Source: a bacterium
GTDB lineage: Bacteria > DRYD01
Reading direction: 5' to 3'
DNA length: 64,000 nucleotides
Assembly (NCBI GenBank): GCA_039630415.1
Contig: JBCNVB010000011.1
Span: forward strand, 987 to 64,986
This document shows, piece after piece, positions 10,097 through 20,085 of this stretch. The notes below the pieces were generated by a model. It searched no databases, was not told the origin of the DNA, and saw nothing but the letters and a program-made list of their open reading frames with translations. Position numbers and translations under genes: made by a program. Positions within the stretch are counted from its first letter, which is position 1. Every line of letters starts with the position of its first letter.

Positions 10097-12508
10097 TTGA
10101 ACTACTCTTTACTACTTAATGTTCTAAAAAAAGAGTGTCAAAATAACTACTCCAATACATCGGTATTCGGTGGGGTATCTAATTTCGTAAAAAATATATT
10201 AAAAAATCAAAACTTACCTCCAGTAGTTGTAGAATTACTAAACTACGATAAGCTTGATAAACAAATAAGGAAAAAAGTTGTGGAGAAGGTGATATATGAG
10301 TTAGAAAAGAATTCAACTCTAAGCTTACCTGATCAGTCTTTATCTAATCAATCAGCAAACTCTATCGACTCTAAATATCTTGAAAAACTGATTCTGGATA
10401 AGGACATTCTTAACAAGGTAGTTGAACAAACTAATTTTAATAACTCTGATTTTTTAAATACTCCTCTATCAAGTTTGGTGAAAGATTTGGGCATAAATAA
10501 GAGAATATTGAATACTTTAAAGAAGCAAGATATAACAACTTTAAAAGATTTAATTTGGTTTTTGCCAAGATCATACAGTGATAGAACAATTCCCTTGCAA
10601 ATAAATCAGGCGTTAAATTATGAGAAAGCTTATTTACTTGTTCAAGTTATTTCTGAGCCTGAGAGAATTGATAGCACAAAGAAGAATTTGAGTATTATCA
10701 AATATATAGTTACCGATAAAGCTGGCAATAAAGCTGAAATCTTATTTTTCAATCAGGATTATATTCTTCATCTTATCAAAAAGAACAATAGAATCAAGGT
10801 TTACGGAAGGGTTTACAAAAATAAGTTTTACCAGATAGTTCCGGAAGAATGGGATTATGAACATAATCATAGTCTGGATTTCGATCGTATTGTTCCACAT
10901 TACTCAACTTCTATCAAACCTAAAAAGATTAGACAAATAATTTATAGAGCTTTAAAAATCAGTTACAAACATATTGTTGATCCTTTGTTTGATATTCTTA
11001 AGAATGTTGATAGTGGTTTTAATTTTGTTCAATTGTCTAAAGCAATAGTTAATATTCATTTTCCAAGTAGTTTTGAAGTTTTAGAGTATTCAAGAAATAG
11101 GCTGGCTTTAGAGGAAATAATATATACTCAGATTTTATTAGCTGGAATGTCTAGAAAAAATAGTGCAATGTATGTCATAGACAAGCAAAAAGCGTGCAAA
11201 GCTATTCAAGAAATTGATTTACCTTTTAGGTTAACTGAGGCTCAGCAAAGGACTATAGAGCAGATTATTGATGATATGAGCAGTGGTAATGTGTGTAGAA
11301 GACTAGTGCAGGGGGATGTTGGAGCTGGTAAAACTATTGTTTGTATTTTATGTTGTTATGCTGTAGTAGCTCATAGTTATCAGGCTTGTGTCATGGCTCC
11401 AACTGAAATATTAGCCTATCAACATTACCTTAATTTTTCAAAAATTTTACCTAAAGCAAGAATTGAAATGTTGACTTCCAAAGTTAGGGGTAAAAAAAGA
11501 GAGAAAATTTTACAGGATCTAAAGCAGGGCAATATAGACATTTTGATAGGTACTCACGCTTTGATTGAAGATAGGGTAGAGTTTAAGAATTTGGCATTTG
11601 TAGTTATTGATGAGCAACATAAATTTGGTGTATTGCAGAGATTGAAGCTTTATTCAAAGTCTGAGGTTCCTCATTTGATTGTAATGAGCGCTACTCCTAT
11701 TCCTCGCACACTTGCTTTTACCGTATATGGTGATTTGGATATATCGGTTATAGATCAATTACCAGAAGGGAGAAAAAGGGCGATAACCGAAATTTTTAGT
11801 TACAAGGAAATTGGTAGGGTGTATAGTATAGTCGAGGAGCAGTTAAAACAAGGTCGACAAGCCTATTTTGTATGTCCATCTATCTTTGATAATCCTAAAC
11901 TAGAGCTAAAGAATGTACTAGAAGTTTTTGAAGAGGTTAAAAAAAGATTTTCTTTGTATAACGTAACTTATCTTCACGGAAAAATGAGCTCTAAACAAAA
12001 GGAAGAAACTATGAATCAATTCAGAGAAGGTAAGTATCATATTTTAGTTTCTACTACTGTTATTGAGGTTGGGGTAGACGTACCTAATGCCAATGTTATA
12101 GTTATTTTGGATTCTGAAAGATTCGGTTTATCACAACTACATCAACTAAGAGGTAGGGTTAAAAGAAGTCATTTTGAACCCTATTGTTTATTAGTTACAT
12201 CTAAAAATATATCTTATGTTGAGTTTAGTAAATCTTTACAACGGATGAGTGTTTTAAAGTTTTATGATGATGGTTTTAAGATAGCGGAGAAGGACTTAGA
12301 GTTAAGGGGGCCTGGTGAAGTATTCGGGTATAAACAACACGGATTTACAGAGTTTAAAGCTCTCAATCCCATTAAAGATATCAACCTAATAAAATTTTCT
12401 AATGATCTAGCAAAAGCTATCTATCCTTATGTTTTTGAATTGGATTTCATTAAGGCAAAAATTAAACAGATAAATCATATGGTGGAAAATTTAAGTCAGA
12501 CAATATAA
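10097..12508 (+). CDS. recG: ATP-dependent DNA helicase RecG with a long N-terminal extension
   Basis: GDVGAGKT, VIDEQHKFG, SATPIPRT and QLRGRVKR, with a wedge/OB region before the helicase core. The track start is TTG, so the true start is uncertain. Confidence 0.9.
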   Translation: MNYSLLLNVLKKECQNNYSNTSVFGGVSNFVKNILKNQNLPPVVVELLNYDKLDKQIRKKVVEKVIYELEKNSTLSLPDQSLSNQSANSIDSKYLEKLILDKDILNKVVEQTNFNNSDFLNTPLSSLVKDLGINKRILNTLKKQDITTLKDLIWFLPRSYSDRTIPLQINQALNYEKAYLLVQVISEPERIDSTKKNLSIIKYIVTDKAGNKAEILFFNQDYILHLIKKNNRIKVYGRVYKNKFYQIVPEEWDYEHNHSLDFDRIVPHYSTSIKPKKIRQIIYRALKISYKHIVDPLFDILKNVDSGFNFVQLSKAIVNIHFPSSFEVLEYSRNRLALEEIIYTQILLAGMSRKNSAMYVIDKQKACKAIQEIDLPFRLTEAQQRTIEQIIDDMSSGNVCRRLVQGDVGAGKTIVCILCCYAVVAHSYQACVMAPTEILAYQHYLNFSKILPKARIEMLTSKVRGKKREKILQDLKQGNIDILIGTHALIEDRVEFKNLAFVVIDEQHKFGVLQRLKLYSKSEVPHLIVMSATPIPRTLAFTVYGDLDISVIDQLPEGRKRAITEIFSYKEIGRVYSIVEEQLKQGRQAYFVCPSIFDNPKLELKNVLEVFEEVKKRFSLYNVTYLHGKMSSKQKEETMNQFREGKYHILVSTTVIEVGVDVPNANVIVILDSERFGLSQLHQLRGRVKRSHFEPYCLLVTSKNISYVEFSKSLQRMSVLKFYDDGFKIAEKDLELRGPGEVFGYKQHGFTEFKALNPIKDINLIKFSNDLAKAIYPYVFELDFIKAKIKQINHMVENLSQTI

Positions 12509-12541
12509 GATAAGTAAATGCACTAATTAGGAGGTGTTATT

Positions 12542-13603
12542 ATGATCACTAAGGACAAAGTTATCATGTCTTTAAGAGGTTTAAAGGAACCTTCTTCACA
12601 AAAGGATTTTACACAATTAAACCTCGTTGATGTTGAAATTAAACAAAATGATATATTTGTCAAGATTTATCTAAAGAAAAACTTAGCGGATCAAGAAAAA
12701 GATATAACTGACAAGGTGATAAGAAAGTTAAAAATTGCTTTTGGGGAAGATATAAATGTAAGTGTTAATTACGAATATGTCAATGATTATTCTGAGGTTA
12801 AAAGAAGAATAAGATTAGAAGTTTTAGATTCGATGAAAGCTCGTTTAGGAAGAGTTATAGCTGTTACTAGTGGTAAAGGTGGAGTTGGTAAGTCGACTAT
12901 ATCTATTGGTTTGGCTTATTTTTTGAAGGAGTTGGGGTATAGAGTGGGGTTGTTGGATGCTGATGTTTATGGACCTTCTATTCCTACGGCATTTGGACTG
13001 GAAGGACATATTTTGCATATCAAGGATGAGAAGATACAGCCTATCAATAAGTTTGGTCTTAGCTTGGTCTCGATTGGATTTATGATTCCTGAAATTGACA
13101 CCCCTCTTATATGGAGGGGACCAATGCTACATAAGGCTATAAATGAGATGGTTAATCAAGTTGAGTGGAATGATTTAGATTATTTGGTTGCTGACTTGCC
13201 TCCTGGTACTGGTGATGCTATTTTGAGTTTAAATAGTTCGGTTAAGATAGATGGTGCGGTGGTGGTTAGTACTGCTCAAAGGGTTGCGGCTGCGGATGTT
13301 ATGAAAAATATTAACATGCTAAAAACTCTTTCCATACCCATAATAGGAATTGTTGAGAATATGTCATATGTTGAGTGTCCTGAAGGGCATAGAGTATATT
13401 TATGGGGTAAAAATGGAGTTAAGGAAATAGCCCAAAAGTATGATATAGAATATCTTGGCCAGATTCCATTTCTACCTGATTTAGTTGAAGCTATGGAAGT
13501 TGGTAATATAACAAATTTGTCTGAAAAGACTAAAGAAATATTTATTGACTTTTGTAGAACTGTCATTAATAGATTAAATCTGATAGCTGTTCAGGGGGGA
13601 TAG
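12542..13603 (+). CDS. Mrp/ApbC/NBP35-family Fe-S cluster carrier ATPase
   Basis: DUF59-like N-terminus, deviant Walker A SGKGGVGKST, DLPPGTGD and a CPEGH segment. Confidence 0.9.
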   Translation: MITKDKVIMSLRGLKEPSSQKDFTQLNLVDVEIKQNDIFVKIYLKKNLADQEKDITDKVIRKLKIAFGEDINVSVNYEYVNDYSEVKRRIRLEVLDSMKARLGRVIAVTSGKGGVGKSTISIGLAYFLKELGYRVGLLDADVYGPSIPTAFGLEGHILHIKDEKIQPINKFGLSLVSIGFMIPEIDTPLIWRGPMLHKAINEMVNQVEWNDLDYLVADLPPGTGDAILSLNSSVKIDGAVVVSTAQRVAAADVMKNINMLKTLSIPIIGIVENMSYVECPEGHRVYLWGKNGVKEIAQKYDIEYLGQIPFLPDLVEAMEVGNITNLSEKTKEIFIDFCRTVINRLNLIAVQGG

Positions 13604-13606
13604 GAA

Positions 13607-16600
13607 GTGAGGAATTTCTTATTCGTTTTAGTAGGTATACTTTTGTTCATTTATAGTGTTAGCGTAAGTTCTTTTGGATTTGAGTATTCTATTATTGGGC
13701 CTTCTAAAGTTTCTAACTTGAAGAACATTCGATATAGGGTCTTAATATTTTCAAATGATGATAAAAAGTTAATTCCGATAAAGATTTATTACAAAGATAA
13801 GTTGATTTATCAAAAAATGACTGCTGAAGGGGTTAATGTAAATCTTGACTTATCTAGATTTCATGAGTCAGGTAATGAGATTGAATTAAACTTTAGAATT
13901 GATAGAACTGATAATAGGGTTAAGGTTTTATATGATAGACCTATGAAGGCTTTTGTATTAACTGATAAACCTTTATACCAACCTGGCCAAACTGTATATA
14001 TTAAATCTGTTGTTTTTGAGGATAATAAACCTAGTAACTCTGAAGTAGAGTTAGTTATTCAGGATCCTAAATCGAATACGATATTTCATAAGTTTATTAA
14101 ATTGAAGGGTGGAGCTTTTTTTGAACGATTTAATCTTTCTACACTGGTTATTCATGGGAAATATAGCCTGGTTCTTAGGAAAGGTAGTACAGTTTTGGCA
14201 TCTACTAGTTTTGAAGTAAAAAAGTATACTCTTCCTAAGTTTAAGATAGACTTTGGTTTTATCAAGGAACCCAAAATTTTACTTGTAGGAGATAGTTATG
14301 CTTGTAGAATTGATTGTTCTTATTTTTTTGGGAAGAAGGTAAATGGTGCAAAAGTTACGGTTGATTTTTATTCCTTTGATGCTGGCTTTAACAAGATTTA
14401 TTCAATTGAAGGTGTTACAAATGATCAAGGTATTTTTAATTTCAATTTGAAAATACCTGATTACTTAACTGGTATTCAAGCAAATAAAGCCATTGTTAAG
14501 ATTGATATAAGGGTACAGGATAAGGCTAAGCAAATAGAACATTTATCCAAAATTTTTGAAGTTTATAAAGAGCCAATTAGTGCTTACGTTGTTCCTTCGA
14601 ATAATCCTATAGTTGGATTGGAAAATAAGTTTTATTTGGTTGTAAGTTATGCTAATGGTAAGGTAGGTAAGTTCAGGGTTAAATTTGATAAGCCTTTTAA
14701 AAAAGAGTTTAACCTAGATAGTGGATTTGCAGAGTTTTCGTATAAACCAACTTCGAATTATGAAGAATTTTCGTTTGAAGTTACTGATTTGTATGGTACC
14801 AAGAAAAATTTCGCAAGTGTGGTTTATCCTTCTCAAGAAGATGGAGTTTTGATTTTTAGGGATAAAGCAAGTTATCTGGTTGGAGAAAAGTTAGTTTTTG
14901 ATTTGTATTCTAGTGATTCGCGTTGGGTTTATCTAGATTTCTATGTAAGAAATGAAGGTAGTTATAGAACTGTTTGGAGTGATTCAGTTTTCTTGCAAAA
15001 GGGTAAAAAGGTGCCATATAGTTTGACTTTACAACCGGATTTCAAAGGTGTTTTAGCGTTAAATGTTTATTTTCTAAATCAGCGGGGTAACATAGTTTGG
15101 AATTCAAAAACTTTTATTGTTCAGGATCCTTCTGAAGTTAATATCAAGGTTAGTAAGAATAAGGATGTTTACCGTGTTAGAGATAGGTTGGAAATGGATA
15201 TAGTTGTTGACAGTAAATCAAAGGTTTTTGTAGATATAGTTGATGAAGCTGTTTTGTATTTGTCTCGTACTGAGCCAGAGCTATTAAAGTTGTATTTAGC
15301 CTTAGAAAAAGAATTATTAGAGCCGAAATATGAGATTCACTCTATTGAAGGGATTATTCTTGAAAAAAGGGATGATCTGCTAAAGGTTTTATTGGATAAA
15401 TCTGATCTTGAGAATTTGAATTACCAGTATGGGCATCCTATAGGTTTGAACGTTATAAATACTATGGAGATAAAAACCAAGAAGACTTACAAAATACTTG
15501 AGGATCTTTACCGTAAGTGTTATAACTTTTATGTTTCTAATCTTAGATATCCAGAAAGTTTTAGGGAGTTGGGATTAGTTCCGAGTCAATATGAGGATCC
15601 CTGGGGAACATATATAAAGATTGTTTTGAAGCGTAAAGATTACATAGAACTGCGCAGTGCAGGAATGGACAGAAAATTTGGTACTTCTGATGATATTTTT
15701 TATCCTGGTTATGTGTTTACGGATGGTTGGTTTGTTAGGGGTGGGGTAGTTTTTGGTGAATTCCAGCAAAGGTTTGCTGTAGCTAAACAATCTGATGAAT
15801 CTGGGCGTATTCGATCAGATGCTAGTAAACCTGAGGCTTATATTGTTAGAGAGTATTTTCCTGAAACGTTTTACAGTGATCTTATTGAGGTTGATAAGTC
15901 ATATAGGCTGTCTTTGACTTTACCTGATAGTATTACAAACTGGAAAGCTATTTTCTGGGCTTTTTCGGAGTCGGGTAAGATTGGATATAAGAATGTTGAT
16001 ATTACAGTATTTCAGAAATTTTTTGTAGATGTAAATAACCCCTTGTATTTGACGAAAGGTGATGAAATTTCTTTGCCAATAGTGGTTTATAATTACACTG
16101 ATAAGCAATTAAATGTAAAGATAGAATTGGAATTAAGGGATTGGTTTGAATTATTGGATGATAGGGTTAAGAGTGTGACTTTACAAGCTAATAGTAATAG
16201 TTCCGTTTATTTTAGAATAAAAGCTAAAAAGATAGGGGTTCATGATTTAATTGTTTATGCTTCTTCAGGGGAGTTGAAGGATGCCATAAAGAAAGCCATG
16301 GAAGTTATTCCTGATGGGTTTATGGTTCAAGACAATAGGTCGTTGTATGTAAGTTCGCAGTATGAAGGTAGTTTTGACATTCCTGCTAGTAGTATAGATG
16401 GTTCGTCTAGAGCTTATATATGTGTATATCCTAGTTTTTCTTCTCAACTTCTTAATGGGTTAGATAAGTTGTTAGCTATGCCTTTTGGGTGTTTTGAGCA
16501 AACTTCATCCATTAATTATCCAAATGTTTTGATTTTGAAGTATTTAAGAGCTAAGGGTGTGGTAAATCCTTCTATAGAGGCAAGAGCTCAGTACTATATA

Positions 16601-17941
16601 GGTATTGGTTATCAGAGATTATTGACTTTTGAGGTTGAAGGTGGTGGATTTTCTTGGTTTGGAGATAAACCTGCAAATAAGGTTTTAACCGCTTTTGGAC
16701 TTATGCAGTTTAAAGATATGAAGCAAGTTCATTTTGTTGATCCAAATCTTATACAAAGAACTGTTAAGTTTTTATTTGATAATCAGAATTCTGATGGATC
16801 TTGGGAACCGGACAAAAACTATATTCATCAAGAAACGTGGCAAAATATTCAAAGTAAAAAGTTAACTGTGACGTGTTATATTCTTATGTCTCTTCTTGAG
16901 AACGATCCTAACATATGGAAAGTTTATGAATCTAGGATTGACAAGTCATTAGATTTCATTTATCAGGGTGCTAGAGGAAAGTATAAGGAGTTAGATAACT
17001 ATACGTTAGGATTAATTTTGAATATTCTAAGTTATTCAAAAGATAGATCCAAGGATTATTTAGATTTTGGACAAGATTTGATTGAATATTTGGTTAGTAA
17101 GGCGGTAAGACAGGGGGGAATGTGCTATTGGAAAGGTAGTGTAGAGACGTTATTCTTTGGGTATGACAAAGCTAGTGATGTAGAGACAACGTCGATAATA
17201 GCTATGGGTATGATTAGATGGAATAAACTTGATATTGCTTTTGAAGCTGTAAAGTATTTAATAAGTTCTAAAGATTCGAGGGGTATATGGTACTCTACTC
17301 AGCCAACTATAATGGCGCTAAAAGCTATAACTAATTTTGATACTGTATCTAAAAATTTAAACCAACCAAATAAGGTAGAAATTATGGTAAATGAACAGGT
17401 ACTAAGTGTTAATTTTTCCGAAGATGATTTAGCTTATAAGATTATTGATATAACCTCTTTATTAGTGAAAGGCAAAAATTTTCTCAAAGTTAAGTCTAAG
17501 AATCCTGTTATTTTTGATGTGAATTATAGTTACTATTTACCTTTCCAGTTTTATACTCCAGTATACGATTTGTTGGATATAGTCGTTGAGTACGATAGGA
17601 AAGAACTAAAGGTTAATGATAAAATAGTAGTAAAAGTAAGGATAATGAATAGAAGTAATAAGGTTTTAAATATGGTAGTAGTTGATTTAGGTATTCCGCC
17701 TGGTTTTTCGGTTGATTTATCAAAATTAAGATCTAACGAAAAAGTTAAAAATGTTGAGAATACAGATAGACAGGTTGTAGTATATTTTGATAGGATAGAT
17801 TCTGGAGAGAAGATAAATTTAGAATATGATATTGTATCTCTTTATCCTTTGAGGGTCAAGATACCTCAGAGTAAGATTTATGAGTATTATAATCCAGAGT
17901 TGACTGTTTTAAAGGATGGAGATGTTATAAATGTTAGATAA
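13607..17941 (+). CDS. Alpha-2-macroglobulin family protein (secreted, thioester-type) with an embedded T2SS-G-like domain
   Basis: Signal peptide. VREYFPETF...LPDSITNWKA...FQKFFVDVNNPLYLTKGDEISLPIVVYNY aligns by eye with the post-bait segment of A2M/C3 proteins. Thioester-type motif PFGCFEQ at nt 16490-16501. Alpha-helical TED-like region and a C-terminal receptor-binding-like domain. GTG start. Confidence 0.85.
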   Translation: MRNFLFVLVGILLFIYSVSVSSFGFEYSIIGPSKVSNLKNIRYRVLIFSNDDKKLIPIKIYYKDKLIYQKMTAEGVNVNLDLSRFHESGNEIELNFRIDRTDNRVKVLYDRPMKAFVLTDKPLYQPGQTVYIKSVVFEDNKPSNSEVELVIQDPKSNTIFHKFIKLKGGAFFERFNLSTLVIHGKYSLVLRKGSTVLASTSFEVKKYTLPKFKIDFGFIKEPKILLVGDSYACRIDCSYFFGKKVNGAKVTVDFYSFDAGFNKIYSIEGVTNDQGIFNFNLKIPDYLTGIQANKAIVKIDIRVQDKAKQIEHLSKIFEVYKEPISAYVVPSNNPIVGLENKFYLVVSYANGKVGKFRVKFDKPFKKEFNLDSGFAEFSYKPTSNYEEFSFEVTDLYGTKKNFASVVYPSQEDGVLIFRDKASYLVGEKLVFDLYSSDSRWVYLDFYVRNEGSYRTVWSDSVFLQKGKKVPYSLTLQPDFKGVLALNVYFLNQRGNIVWNSKTFIVQDPSEVNIKVSKNKDVYRVRDRLEMDIVVDSKSKVFVDIVDEAVLYLSRTEPELLKLYLALEKELLEPKYEIHSIEGIILEKRDDLLKVLLDKSDLENLNYQYGHPIGLNVINTMEIKTKKTYKILEDLYRKCYNFYVSNLRYPESFRELGLVPSQYEDPWGTYIKIVLKRKDYIELRSAGMDRKFGTSDDIFYPGYVFTDGWFVRGGVVFGEFQQRFAVAKQSDESGRIRSDASKPEAYIVREYFPETFYSDLIEVDKSYRLSLTLPDSITNWKAIFWAFSESGKIGYKNVDITVFQKFFVDVNNPLYLTKGDEISLPIVVYNYTDKQLNVKIELELRDWFELLDDRVKSVTLQANSNSSVYFRIKAKKIGVHDLIVYASSGELKDAIKKAMEVIPDGFMVQDNRSLYVSSQYEGSFDIPASSIDGSSRAYICVYPSFSSQLLNGLDKLLAMPFGCFEQTSSINYPNVLILKYLRAKGVVNPSIEARAQYYIGIGYQRLLTFEVEGGGFSWFGDKPANKVLTAFGLMQFKDMKQVHFVDPNLIQRTVKFLFDNQNSDGSWEPDKNYIHQETWQNIQSKKLTVTCYILMSLLENDPNIWKVYESRIDKSLDFIYQGARGKYKELDNYTLGLILNILSYSKDRSKDYLDFGQDLIEYLVSKAVRQGGMCYWKGSVETLFFGYDKASDVETTSIIAMGMIRWNKLDIAFEAVKYLISSKDSRGIWYSTQPTIMALKAITNFDTVSKNLNQPNKVEIMVNEQVLSVNFSEDDLAYKIIDITSLLVKGKNFLKVKSKNPVIFDVNYSYYLPFQFYTPVYDLLDIVVEYDRKELKVNDKIVVKVRIMNRSNKVLNMVVVDLGIPPGFSVDLSKLRSNEKVKNVENTDRQVVVYFDRIDSGEKINLEYDIVSLYPLRVKIPQSKIYEYYNPELTVLKDGDVINVR
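15473..15709 (+). other. GspG/PulG-type pseudopilin soluble-domain module inside the A2M ORF
   Basis: KTKKTYKILEDLYRKCYNFYVSNLRYPESFRELGLVPSQYEDPWGTYIKIVLKRKDYIELRSAGMDRKFGTSDDIFYPG follows the GspG pattern: helix..YP.., then DPWG.xY, then S.G.D..GT.DDI. Confidence 0.6.
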
Positions 17942-17995
17942 GGATTTATTTTAGTTATGAGTGAAATATAAAAGTGTAAAAGGAGAGGGTGATAT

Positions 17996-18619
17996 ATGAG
18001 AAAGGCTTTTTCTTTTGTTGAGATTCTAGTAGTAATAGCTATAGTAGCTATTGTTACTGCTGCAATATTCTTAAATTTCAATAGCAAAAATAATGCTATT
18101 TTGAGATCTGATGCTGAGAAGATATTTAATTTTCTAAAAAATATGCAAGTTGCAGCTACTAAATTGTCTCCTATGATAACCTTAGTTCAGAATATTAGTA
18201 ATCCAACACTAATGATAGGTGGTTTACCCAATAACCCTAATAGATTTGAAATGAGATTTTTATCACTAAGAATTGTAAATCAAACTTTTGTGAATGTCAA
18301 TACTCATCTATTTAATTATGCTACTTTTCAGGAATTAAATCCTAAAGTGAATGTTACTGCTAATGTTATCCCTCAACAAAGATTTAACTTATATGCAAAT
18401 TTAAATAACGAGTACCCAATATCTTTGGTAGGGATTATTTTTACTACTGATCGAAGGAGAGTTTTAATAGGTTTTAGGACTGATGGTAGTATTGCTTTGC
18501 CAACTAATATCCAGGGAGGAAATATGGATATAAATATATCAATGAATGGAGTAAATCGTAGGTATATGATAAGATTACAGGATAGACAACTTAATTTTCA
18601 GCTTCAGGTTACTAGGTAG
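17996..18619 (+). CDS. Prepilin-type N-terminal cleavage/methylation domain protein (GspH/FimT-like minor pseudopilin)
   Basis: MRKAFSFVEILVVIAIVAIVTAAIFL is a class III signal with the conserved E at +5; Ala replaces the usual Gly before Phe. It is followed by a FimT/GspH-like helix (LRSDAEKIFNFLKNMQVAA). The SD is GGAGAGGGTG. Confidence 0.6.
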   Translation: MRKAFSFVEILVVIAIVAIVTAAIFLNFNSKNNAILRSDAEKIFNFLKNMQVAATKLSPMITLVQNISNPTLMIGGLPNNPNRFEMRFLSLRIVNQTFVNVNTHLFNYATFQELNPKVNVTANVIPQQRFNLYANLNNEYPISLVGIIFTTDRRRVLIGFRTDGSIALPTNIQGGNMDINISMNGVNRRYMIRLQDRQLNFQLQVTR

Positions 18620-18626
18620 ATTATGT

Positions 18627-19985
18627 ATGGATATAGTTGTTAGCATAGTAGGTAGACCTAATGTAGGTAAGTCTTCATTGTTTAATCTTTTAATTGATAA
18701 GGGGATAGCTGTTGTATCTGAGTATGCTGGTACAACTAGAGATCTGATTGTTAAGAAAAACAATAAGTATGGTATGGTTTTTATTGATACTGGTGGGGTT
18801 AGCAACTCAAATAGTGTGATAGATAGTCAGGTTTTATCTAGAGTTGAGCAAGTTATTAACCAAAGTGATGTAATTTTGTTTGTTGTAGATAATCAAGAAG
18901 GTTTAGCTTATTATGATCAAGAAATTGCCGACATAATAAGAAAGAGTGGTTTGAAAAGTAGAACAATTCTAGTTCTGAATAAATCGGAGTCGAGTAAAAC
19001 CAAGGAAGAGGAGTTTGAAATCTTGGGTTTTAGGGATGCTATCCAGATATCTTGTAAAACTGGAATGAATATAAAGGAATTGATCTATATGATTAAAGAT
19101 GTTGTGAATCGGGAAGGTTATGTTGAGAGTGAGTATAGGTTTTATTCAGAAGAAGGTAAGAAGATAGGGTTTGTTGGTAGACCTAATGTAGGTAAGTCTT
19201 CATTGATTAACGTTTTGTTGAATACTGAACGCTTGATAGTAAGCGAAATCGCTGGAACTACTAGGGATAGCATAGATATACCTTTTGAGTACGAAGGAAA
19301 AAAATTTGTTTTGATAGATACTCCAGGGGTTAGAAGAAAGAGTAATGTTAGTTCAAAATTAGAGGTTTATTCGATTACTAGGGCTTTGGGGACGATCAAA
19401 TACGCAGATATAGTTTGTTTAGTAGTTGATATTTCAGAGGGTATCACGAGGCAAGACAAAAGATTAGTTTATCAGATTTATAAACATAATAAACCTTGTT
19501 TGATAGTAGCCAATAAGTTTGATATTCTTATGAATGAGTATAGAAAAAGTTTGTCGGATAGAGTATCAAACAATTTTTGGGAAAATCTAAAATATGAGCT
19601 TTCTGAGGAGATAAAGAATCAGCTCTATCTTATTCCGTATGCTCCTGTGGTTTTTGTTAGTGCAAAGGAAAGATATCAAATTGATTCTATATTGTACACT
19701 ATTAGTTCTATATCGGATCAGTTATCTAGTGATTTTTCTACCCTTAATTTGAAGGAGATAGTGCAAAATGTGATGTTATCTTTTCCTTTTGTGCAGATTG
19801 ATGGTAAGAAAGTAAAACTAAAAATAAGGGATGTAAAGTTTTATAAAGAGGAAGTACCGACATTTAAGATTTATTCGAATGTTTCACAGCTACCTGAAAA
19901 CTTGAAATCATATTTGAGGAATACACTTGGTAGGGTTCTTAACATACCAAATGTTCCTGTCAAAATATTGATTACTGATAGGTAG
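18627..19985 (+). CDS. der: Ribosome-associated GTPase Der/EngA
   Basis: Two G domains (GRPNVGKSS twice, DTGG/DTPG, NKSE/NKFD) plus a KH-like C-terminus. Confidence 0.9.
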   Translation: MDIVVSIVGRPNVGKSSLFNLLIDKGIAVVSEYAGTTRDLIVKKNNKYGMVFIDTGGVSNSNSVIDSQVLSRVEQVINQSDVILFVVDNQEGLAYYDQEIADIIRKSGLKSRTILVLNKSESSKTKEEEFEILGFRDAIQISCKTGMNIKELIYMIKDVVNREGYVESEYRFYSEEGKKIGFVGRPNVGKSSLINVLLNTERLIVSEIAGTTRDSIDIPFEYEGKKFVLIDTPGVRRKSNVSSKLEVYSITRALGTIKYADIVCLVVDISEGITRQDKRLVYQIYKHNKPCLIVANKFDILMNEYRKSLSDRVSNNFWENLKYELSEEIKNQLYLIPYAPVVFVSAKERYQIDSILYTISSISDQLSSDFSTLNLKEIVQNVMLSFPFVQIDGKKVKLKIRDVKFYKEEVPTFKIYSNVSQLPENLKSYLRNTLGRVLNIPNVPVKILITDR

Positions 19986-20085
19986 TCTTTGGGAAAAAAT
20001 GTAAAAAGGTTTAAAAAAAATTAAGAAAAAGTTTACAATTTTTTAAAGAAGGTAGAAACAAAGATAAAGGTAGGGGGTGGAAAAG

